From positions 1 through 15,618 of the forward strand of contig JAIPHU010000018.1 in the NCBI GenBank assembly GCA_021735045.1: DNA of 15,618 bases. Direction: 5' to 3'. Shown piece after piece: positions 7,013 to 13,452 of this stretch (positions within the stretch are counted from its first letter, which is position 1; every line of letters begins with the position of its first letter). A program made the translations under genes and the position numbers. The DNA is from Candidatus Omnitrophota bacterium. GTDB taxonomy: Bacteria > Omnitrophota > Gorgyraeia > Duberdicusellales > 4484-171. A model generated the notes under the pieces. It did not search any database. It worked only from the letters and a program-made list of their open reading frames with translations, and was not told the DNA's origin.

Positions 7013-7028
7013 GTTCCGATCCCGGAAC
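7013..7028 (-). other. Small GC hairpin in the rbr upstream region
   Basis: gttccg (7013-7018) pairs with cggaac (7023-7028) around a 4-nt loop. It occupies the position that the larger GC hairpin holds in the nfu and EF-G-like leaders. Confidence 0.35.
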
Positions 7029-7067
7029 GACATAAAATAAGAATTGATTTTATTATCTTTTTTCTGT

Positions 7068-7082
7068 CCACCTCATAGGTGG
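7068..7082 (-). terminator. Short hairpin 7 nt after the FNR-like gene stop. It is a weak terminator candidate with no U-tract.
   Basis: ccacc-tcata-ggtgg. On the minus strand it is followed by an A-rich rather than a U-rich tract. Confidence 0.25.
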
Positions 7083-7089
7083 AATGAAG

Positions 7090-7803
7090 TTAATATCCTA
7101 AAAATCCTTCTTTTTTGACTTTACCAGGATTACAACCTAGATCATCACATAGTTTGGCCATCGAATCAGTCATCTGCGGCGGGCCAAAGATAAAAAATAC
7201 CCTTTCTTTAAAATCTTCTAAATTCTTTAATACTAAATCTTTGTCAATATACCCCTCAATGTAACCTTTGTTTTTTGGTTTAGAATCAGTTATAGTATAT
7301 ACTACTTTTATATTTGAAAATTCATTCTGCCAGTTATCCAGTCTTTCTTTAAAAGCAATATCTCGATCGGTTCGATTAGAATAAAATAAAACTACATTAG
7401 TATCTAATTTTTTATTAATGATATATTCAATTATTGAAATAACCGGAGTTATTCCAATGCCTCCAACTAAAAAAGCAATTTTTTGATACTCTTTTTTAAA
7501 TATGCAATCTCCCAAAGGAGCTTGGATAAAAATTTCATCTCCCTTAGTTAAATTATCTAATTTTTGAGAAAATTCACTTTGGCTTAATTTTTTAGTAAAT
7601 TCTAAATAATCTTTATCTGGTGAAGATGAAAAAGAAAGATATTTATTGACTTTTTTATTAGAAATATTGCCTTTATCAAATATAATTTTCCCAAACTGCC
7701 CCGGTATAAATTTTATCGGTTTATCTGAATAAAAACGAAAACTTTTAACCGAAGCTGATCTTTGGATTTTTTGATAAAATTCTAAATCAATTATTTCTGG
7801 CAT
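7090..7803 (-). CDS. FNR-like FAD/NAD(P)-binding oxidoreductase (ferredoxin-reductase-type two-domain flavoprotein, no Fe-S domain)
   Basis: 237 aa. It has an N-terminal FAD-binding beta-barrel pattern (FRFYSDKPIKFIPGQFGKI...YLSFSSSP) and the NAD-binding motif FLVGGIGITP, followed by FIFGPPQM. Confidence 0.75.
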   Translation of the reverse strand: MPEIIDLEFYQKIQRSASVKSFRFYSDKPIKFIPGQFGKIIFDKGNISNKKVNKYLSFSSSPDKDYLEFTKKLSQSEFSQKLDNLTKGDEIFIQAPLGDCIFKKEYQKIAFLVGGIGITPVISIIEYIINKKLDTNVVLFYSNRTDRDIAFKERLDNWQNEFSNIKVVYTITDSKPKNKGYIEGYIDKDLVLKNLEDFKERVFFIFGPPQMTDSMAKLCDDLGCNPGKVKKEGFLGY

Positions 7804-7814
7804 AAATAATTTTT

Positions 7815-8366
7815 TTATGAAATTAAGCTTAATGCTTCTTGTCGTGTCTTCTGATTTTCTCTAAATATTCCCCTAACTACTGAAGTAACAGTTTTTGTTC
7901 CCGGCTTTTTTGCTCCTCGCATAGTCATACAAAGATGCTCAGCCTCAACAACCACCATTACTCCTTTTGGTTTTAATTTTTTCATAATAATATCAGCAAC
8001 TTCAGTAGTAAGCCTTTCTTGGACTTGTAGCTTCTTGGCTAAAGTATCCACAACTCTAGCGATTTTGCTTAAACCCGTTATCCTTTCATCCGGAATATAA
8101 GCCACATGGGCTTTACCGATAAAAGGAATAATATGATGCTCACAAACAGAGTAAATAGGTATATCTTTTACCAAAATTATCTCATCATGAGTTTGTTCTA
8201 AGATAACTTCTAACTCCTTACTTGCATCTTTAAACTGACCCGCTAAAATTTCTTCATACATTTGAGCCACCCTTTTAGGGGTAGAAGCTAAGTCCTTTTT
8301 TTTCAAATCTGCTCCCAATGCTTCCATCACAAGCTTTATTCCTCTTTCTATCTTTTTTTTATCCAC
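7815..8366 (-). CDS. folE: GTP cyclohydrolase I (FolE type I)
   Basis: Motifs TPKRVAQMYEE, SVCEHHIIPF, QERLT and EHLCMTMRG. GTG start at 8364-8366 has AGGAGG 7 nt upstream. Confidence 0.92.
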   Translation of the reverse strand: MDKKKIERGIKLVMEALGADLKKKDLASTPKRVAQMYEEILAGQFKDASKELEVILEQTHDEIILVKDIPIYSVCEHHIIPFIGKAHVAYIPDERITGLSKIARVVDTLAKKLQVQERLTTEVADIIMKKLKPKGVMVVVEAEHLCMTMRGAKKPGTKTVTSVVRGIFRENQKTRQEALSLIS

Positions 8367-8377
8367 AATTAACCCTC

Positions 8378-9796
8378 CTATTTACCGATACAAAAATTAT
8401 TAAATATATTTTCTAATATCTCTTCTACAATAACTTCTCCGGTAATTTTTCCAATAGAATCTAGACATTCCTTTAAAGAAAAATTTATAAAATCAAGAGT
8501 ATAACCTTCTTTTAGATATTTTTTTGTTTTAAATAGATTTTTGGCTAAACTTTCTAACTCTCTTTTTTGATATTGGTTTAAAAATATTAGATCTTTTTTA
8601 TCTACCCCTTTTGTATAAACAGATTTATACACCAATTTTTCAAATTTCTTTAAATCTGCATCCTTTAATGCACTCATTTTAATAAACTTATGCTGTTTTT
8701 TAATTTTTTGGCTTAAATTTAGCTTTTGTTTAAGATCAGATTTATTAATTACTAAGATTGTATTTTTATTTTTCGTTTTAGCTAAAAGAAACTTATCATC
8801 TTTACCTAATTTTTTTGAACCATCAAAAAGTAAAATAACTAAATCTGACTTATCAAATAGCTGCTTTGTTTTCTCTAGAGCTTTTTTAGTAATAAAATCA
8901 TCCGGTTCTAAAATCCCGGCTGTATCATAAATTTTTACCGGAACCCCCTCTATATTGATAGTTTCCTCTATCACATCTCTAGTAGTCCCGGGAATTTTAC
9001 TCACTATCACTCTTTCTTGACGTAAAATACGGTTAAAAAGAGTAGATTTACCTGCATTAGTTCTTCCGCAAATTACACAACGTAGGCCTTGAGAAAGCAT
9101 TTTTGCCGGTCTTTGACCTTTTTTAAAACTATCTACCTGTTTTATAATCTTATCTATCTTTTTGCTTAAACTAACTTTATCAAATTCTATATCTTCTTCA
9201 GGAAAATTAATAGCACTCTCTGTTTGAGTAAAAAGAGTTTTAATTTCTTCCTTAAGGTTTTTTAACTTAGTTGAATTTTCTCCTTTTAATTGTTTTGACG
9301 ATAAAGAAACTGCCTCGGGTGTTTTTGCATCAACTAAATTTAAAATTGCCTCTGCCTGCAAAAGGTCAATTCTGTCATTTATAAGAGCTCTGTAACTAAA
9401 CTCCCCTGGTTTTGCTAATCTGGCTCCCTTATTTAAGATAAGTTCAACTATTTGATTTAAAATTAAAACCCCTCCATGTGAAGATATCTCTACTACATCT
9501 TCGGTGGTATAAGAATTCGGTGCTTTCATAATACTAACTAACACCTCATCAATTGTTTCTCCTTTATCCTTTAACCTTGAACCTTTATCCTTATTTATAA
9601 TCCAGCCATAATGAAGGGTAAAAGTTTTTGCTTTTTTTATATCTTTTTTCCTCTTTGGTATAAATATCTTATCTAATATAGATAAAGATTTTTTTCCAGA
9701 TATTTTAACTATCCCTAAAGCAGCTTTTGAAGGTGAAGTTGCTATTGCAGCTATCGTATCAGCTAATTTGTAATCTTTTAAATTAAACTCTGGCAT
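8378..9796 (-). CDS. mnmE: tRNA modification GTPase MnmE (TrmE)
   Basis: G1 GRTNAGKSTLFN, G3 DTAG, G4 NKSD and the invariant C-terminal FCIGK tail. It also has an N-terminal folate-binding-domain pattern (TEDVVEISSHGG). Confidence 0.92.
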   Translation of the reverse strand: MPEFNLKDYKLADTIAAIATSPSKAALGIVKISGKKSLSILDKIFIPKRKKDIKKAKTFTLHYGWIINKDKGSRLKDKGETIDEVLVSIMKAPNSYTTEDVVEISSHGGVLILNQIVELILNKGARLAKPGEFSYRALINDRIDLLQAEAILNLVDAKTPEAVSLSSKQLKGENSTKLKNLKEEIKTLFTQTESAINFPEEDIEFDKVSLSKKIDKIIKQVDSFKKGQRPAKMLSQGLRCVICGRTNAGKSTLFNRILRQERVIVSKIPGTTRDVIEETINIEGVPVKIYDTAGILEPDDFITKKALEKTKQLFDKSDLVILLFDGSKKLGKDDKFLLAKTKNKNTILVINKSDLKQKLNLSQKIKKQHKFIKMSALKDADLKKFEKLVYKSVYTKGVDKKDLIFLNQYQKRELESLAKNLFKTKKYLKEGYTLDFINFSLKECLDSIGKITGEVIVEEILENIFNNFCIGK

Positions 9797-11129
9797 ATTT
9801 CCTCTGAAAAGATTGATTTTTCTTTAAAAGCATTTTTGCTTCAGCAGCTAGGAAAAAAGAACCACAAATTAAAATTAAAGAATCTTTATTGTGTACACTT
9901 TTAGCTCTTTCTAAAGCATCTTTTAAATTTGTTGTTGCTATGGCTCTTTTTTTTAAAACTTTTTTTAACTCAAAAACATCAAAAACACGCTGATGCTTGA
10001 ATTGGGTCAAGATAATACTATCATAATTTATTAAAGAAATCATCTGATTAGGATTTTTATCATTTGAACAAGCAAATATTAAAATTACCTTTTTCTTTGG
10101 ATAATATCTTCTAAGATTATCAGAAACTACTTTAGCCGAAGATTGATTGTGTGCAACATCAACAACGATCAAAGGATTTCTAGATACAGGTTCAAACCTA
10201 GCTGCTAACAAACACTGACTTAAAGCCTGTCTCAGCAAAGATGCTTTCATCTTTTGTTTCTTTAAAATAAAAACTGAAGCTAGAGATAACCCGGCATTTT
10301 CTACTTGATGAATACCTTTGGGATGAACCTTTAAATTTTTTATCTTGTTTTCTTTGAAAACAAAATCAAAATATGTAAAATTTTTCTTTACCTTTATATT
10401 CATTGTTTGAAAATCTTTTCCCAAAATAAAAAGAGGAGATCGATTTTTTTTGGCTATTCGTTTAATAGCTTGAGCTGCTGACTTTCTCTGAAGAGTAGAA
10501 ACAACCGGAACTTTATTTTTAATTATTCCTGCTTTTTCACTAGCTATTTTAGCTAAACTATTACCCAACAAATGCACATGATCATACCCAATATGAGTAA
10601 TAACTGAAACCAAGGGTTTTACTATATTAGTTGAATCAAGCCTACCGCCTAAACCCACCTCAACCACCAGATAATCTATTTTTTTGTCTAGAAAATGTTG
10701 AAACCCGATAAGCGTTAACAACTCAAAATAAGTAGGTTTTTCTTTTTTAAAAAATATTAATTTATCTTTAAATTTTTCTATGATTTTAGTTACTGCTTTT
10801 GGAGAAATTAATTTTTCTTTAAATTTATTATTTATAAAGTTTATAATTTTAATTCTTTCCCGAAAACTAAAAAAATGAGGAGAAGTAAATAGCCCTACCT
10901 TATAACCTAAAGAAGCTAAAAGATAGGCAGTAAAATGAGCAGTTGAACCTTTACCTTTTGTCCCAGCAATATGGATAACTTTTAAATCTTTATAAGAAAC
11001 ATCTAGATAATCGGCTACTTGATAAACTCTCTTTAATTTTAAAGAGTCTTTATAGGAATAAAAAGATTTTTTTTCAAAATCAAGAAATGAATTAAGGTAA
11101 TGAAGGGTTTGTGAGTAGTCTTTTGTCAT
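9783..11129 (-). CDS. folC: Folylpolyglutamate synthase / dihydrofolate synthase (FolC)
   Basis: Mur-ligase P-loop HIAGTKGKGST, plus SPHFFSFRERI, VVEVGLGGRLDSTN and DVAHN. I start it at ATG 11127-11129 (MTKDYSQTLHYLNS), which aligns with FolC N-termini. The track's TTG start at 11237 reads through a structured intergenic element. No clear SD precedes the ATG. Confidence 0.85.
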   Translation of the reverse strand: MTKDYSQTLHYLNSFLDFEKKSFYSYKDSLKLKRVYQVADYLDVSYKDLKVIHIAGTKGKGSTAHFTAYLLASLGYKVGLFTSPHFFSFRERIKIINFINNKFKEKLISPKAVTKIIEKFKDKLIFFKKEKPTYFELLTLIGFQHFLDKKIDYLVVEVGLGGRLDSTNIVKPLVSVITHIGYDHVHLLGNSLAKIASEKAGIIKNKVPVVSTLQRKSAAQAIKRIAKKNRSPLFILGKDFQTMNIKVKKNFTYFDFVFKENKIKNLKVHPKGIHQVENAGLSLASVFILKKQKMKASLLRQALSQCLLAARFEPVSRNPLIVVDVAHNQSSAKVVSDNLRRYYPKKKVILIFACSNDKNPNQMISLINYDSIILTQFKHQRVFDVFELKKVLKKRAIATTNLKDALERAKSVHNKDSLILICGSFFLAAEAKMLLKKNQSFQRKYARV

Positions 11130-11148
11130 GTAATTATGGAAATTTAAT

Positions 11149-11224
11149 CTGCCGTGAACCAGAACAAAGTACGGTTCACGGCAGCTCTGAATCGTGATTT
11201 TGCAAAGCAAAATCTCTGGTTCAG
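11149..11224 (-). promoter_or_regulatory. GC-enriched structured element (two hairpins plus an alternative long-range pairing) between purH and folC
   Basis: A 12-bp perfect stem pairs 11149-11160 with 11173-11184. An 8-bp stem (11196-11203 with 11207-11214) is extended by ctgaa/ttcag (11187-11191 with 11220-11224). An alternative 9-bp pairing joins 11155-11163 to 11215-11223. Confidence 0.5.
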
Positions 11225-11233
11225 GGCTGTGGT

Positions 11234-12748
11234 TCAATGACAGAAATGACGGATACCTGTAAAAACCATAGCAATCTTGTAACGATCACAAGCCTCAATG
11301 ACTTCTTTATCCTTGATCGAACCACCAGGTTGGATTATAGCTTTGATTCCGCGTCGATGAGCTAATTTTATTGAATCTGGGTGGGGGAAAAATGCATCTG
11401 AAGCCAAAACCGCTAGTTTGGTTGACTTTTTTGCTTGATCTAAAGCAATCTTTACCGCTCCAACCCGAGAAGGTTGTCCTCCACCAAGACCTAAAACTGA
11501 GTTGTTCTTTGCAACAACAACTGCATTCGATTTTACATATTTAACAACTTTCCAAGCAAAAAATAAATCGTTTAATTGCCGTTTAGTTGGTTTCTTTTTT
11601 GTTATTACTTGAAGTTTAGTTTTATCTAAAGTTAATTTATCTCTTCTTTGCACTAAATAACCAAAGTGAGTACCTTTTATATCACTATAATCAGAGTCTT
11701 TAGAAAAATTAGTCTCTAAAACTCTCATATTTTTTTTGGCTGAGAAAATTTTTAAAGATTCTTTAGAATAAGATGGAGCAATAATGCATTCTTTAAACCC
11801 GCTTCTTAAAATCTGATGAGCTGTATCTTTATCTACCTTTCGATTTAGGCCCACTATTGCTCCAAAACTTGATAAGGTGTCTGTTTTATAAGCTTTCTTA
11901 TAGGCCGAAGCTAATTTTTTATCTATAGCTGTTCCACAGATAGATACATGTTTTATAACAGTTGCCGCCGGTTCTTTAAACTCTTTTACCTGCATCATGG
12001 CGGTATTTATATCTAGATAATTATTATAAGATAAAGTTTTACCTTGATATTGTTTAATCGGTAAATCTTTTGACCTTATTTTTTTATAGAGAGAAGATTT
12101 TTGATGAGGATTTTCTCCATAACGTAATGAAGATTTCTCTACCATATTCCAACTTATAGTGTCTCTGCCTTTAAAATAGTTATAAATTGCATTATCATAT
12201 TCTTTTGTCAAATAAAATGAGGACTCTGCTAATTTTTGCAAAACATCTTCAGAGATAGCCCCTCTATTTTTCTTTAACTCTGAAAGAACAAGTTTATACT
12301 GAGAAGGAGAACTAACTGAAGCAACATTCCTAAAGTTTTTAGCTGCTGCTCTAAGCATCGAAGGCCCTCCAATATCTATATACTCAAGCATCTGAGTCCA
12401 AGCTAAATTCTCTTTCATTTTTTGAGTAAAAGGATAAAGATTGACTACAACCATATCTATAGGCTGGATGCCTAAAGTTGAAATTTCTTCTAAATGTAGG
12501 GGGTGTTTTTTATTAGCTAATATCCCTCCAAAAACTTTAGGGTGGAGAGTTTTTACTCTCCCTGATAAAATCTCAGGAAAAGCTGTAATCGAAGAAACTT
12601 CTTTTACCTTAATCTTATGCCTACGCAATAAAAGAGCTGTTTTACCAGTTGAAACTATTTCTATATTCAACTTTTGCAGTTCTCGCGCAAAATCAGCAAT
12701 ACCTCTTTTTTCCCAAACACTAATTAATGCTCTTCTTACTTTAATCAT
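11234..12748 (-). CDS. purH: Bifunctional AICAR transformylase / IMP cyclohydrolase (PurH)
   Basis: 504 aa with an N-terminal MGS-like domain (ALISVWEKRGI...STGKTA, VKTLHPKVFGGIL), a C-terminal AICARFT domain (RYGENPHQ, SNAVV, GGGQPSRV) and the ending FTGIRHFCH. Confidence 0.95.
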   Translation of the reverse strand: MIKVRRALISVWEKRGIADFARELQKLNIEIVSTGKTALLLRRHKIKVKEVSSITAFPEILSGRVKTLHPKVFGGILANKKHPLHLEEISTLGIQPIDMVVVNLYPFTQKMKENLAWTQMLEYIDIGGPSMLRAAAKNFRNVASVSSPSQYKLVLSELKKNRGAISEDVLQKLAESSFYLTKEYDNAIYNYFKGRDTISWNMVEKSSLRYGENPHQKSSLYKKIRSKDLPIKQYQGKTLSYNNYLDINTAMMQVKEFKEPAATVIKHVSICGTAIDKKLASAYKKAYKTDTLSSFGAIVGLNRKVDKDTAHQILRSGFKECIIAPSYSKESLKIFSAKKNMRVLETNFSKDSDYSDIKGTHFGYLVQRRDKLTLDKTKLQVITKKKPTKRQLNDLFFAWKVVKYVKSNAVVVAKNNSVLGLGGGQPSRVGAVKIALDQAKKSTKLAVLASDAFFPHPDSIKLAHRRGIKAIIQPGGSIKDKEVIEACDRYKIAMVFTGIRHFCH

Positions 12749-12750
12749 AA

Positions 12751-13452
12751 TTACACGCTAAATTTTATATAGATTATATCTCCCGGCTCAACAATATAAT
12801 CTTTACCTACAGTTTGTACTAACCCTTTACTTTTTGCTTCAGCCATATTATAAAAATCATCTAAATTTTTACAGTTGACTACTTCGGCTCTAATAAAACC
12901 TCTCATTAAATCACTATGGATTCTGCCGGCTGCTTCAAGAATAGTTTTACCTTTTTTTAGATCCCAAGCCTTAACCTCTTTTTCAGAAGCAGTAAAAAAT
13001 AAAATTCTACCCGCAGCATCCATAACCTCTTGAATCAAATCTTGTATCTGCTGATCTTGATCCTGGAGACTATCTTTTATTACTGTTGGTTTTAGACTAA
13101 CCAACTGCAAATTTTTCAAAAAAGCTATTTTTTCTTCTTCTAAGTTACAGTTTGATAATACTTTTTCCGATTCTAGTTGCTTTTGTGCTTGTTCTAGGAT
13201 TTCTTTTTCTTTTGAATCTTGAGCCCTATCTAACCGTTGCTCAATTTTTTCAAGATCAATTAAGACAAAGTCAAGCAGCTTAGATTTTTTAATAACTACT
13301 GCATCAGATTTATCTAGATCCTCATTTATAAATTCAACCGTATAAGGATTCTTTTTAGCTGGTGAAAATTTATCAATTAGCCTTTTAAACTCATCGCTTT
13401 GATAACTATATTTCTTAGCCGTAAACTCAAAACCAAAGTTGAATATTTTCAC
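12751..13452 (-). CDS. YchF/Ola1-related protein lacking the N-terminal P-loop (coiled-coil insert plus C-terminal TGS-like/DUF933 domain retained)
   Basis: The C-terminal 70 aa (FFTASEKEVKAWDLKKGKTILEAAGRIHSDLMRGFIRAEVV...GKDYIVEPGDIIYIKFSV) align closely with the E. coli YchF C-terminus as I recall it. The central part matches the YchF helical insert and LKPT motif. The N-terminus (MKIFNFGFEFTAKKYSY) has no GxxxxGK[ST]. GTG start forms a GTGA overlap with the EF-G-like stop. Confidence 0.7.
   Translation of the reverse strand: MKIFNFGFEFTAKKYSYQSDEFKRLIDKFSPAKKNPYTVEFINEDLDKSDAVVIKKSKLLDFVLIDLEKIEQRLDRAQDSKEKEILEQAQKQLESEKVLSNCNLEEEKIAFLKNLQLVSLKPTVIKDSLQDQDQQIQDLIQEVMDAAGRILFFTASEKEVKAWDLKKGKTILEAAGRIHSDLMRGFIRAEVVNCKNLDDFYNMAEAKSKGLVQTVGKDYIVEPGDIIYIKFSV

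Noticed and set aside
6967-7071. A 35-aa N-terminal extension of the rubrerythrin ORF from a GTG at 7071 (MDRKKIIKSILILCRSGIGTDSWLLNNFIFNGGKK)
   Set aside because: It reads through two intergenic hairpins and the conserved leader core. It has no similarity to rubrerythrin N-termini, and an ATG with a well-spaced GGAGG exists at 6966.
9561-9595. A short direct repeat (cctttatcctt occurring twice) inside mnmE, encoding a duplicated KDKG in an ~8-aa insertion of the N-terminal domain
   Set aside because: It is a small in-frame low-complexity duplication in a surface-loop region of an otherwise complete MnmE. It is common in AT-rich genomes and there is no sign of functional significance.
3152-11184. 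Calling the intergenic GC hairpins (3152-3209, 6355-6386, 7068-7082, 11149-11184) canonical rho-independent terminators
   Set aside because: None is followed by a U-tract on the gene strand. Several are followed by A-rich sequence, and the 6355-6386 hairpin has a T-rich tail only on the plus strand. I list them as low-confidence terminator or structure candidates only.
11130-11233. Assignment of the purH-folC element to a known riboswitch class (THF-I, THF-II/folE motif, ZTP/pfl)
   Set aside because: From memory of the consensus cores I see no match. For example, there is no ZTP-type GGGUCGUG...CCGCCUGGGC pseudoknot sequence. A covariance-model search is needed, so I report it only as an unclassified structured element.
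11130-11237. A 36-aa N-terminal extension of FolC from a TTG at 11237, overlapping the purH stop
   Set aside because: The extension is encoded by the hairpin-rich spacer. The FolC homology begins at MTKDYSQTLHYLNS. The TTG has no SD and would overlap the purH 3' end.
865-12761. Nine plus-strand ORFs in the supplied track (865-1113, 1427-1633, 2391-2654, 3200-3520, 4641-4898, 5927-6121, 6153-6353, 6603-6983, 12441-12761)
   Set aside because: Each lies wholly or almost wholly antisense to a minus-strand gene with strong family motifs. Their translations are low-complexity (S/T/P/L/F-rich) with no recognisable domains or SD. They are shadow ORFs.
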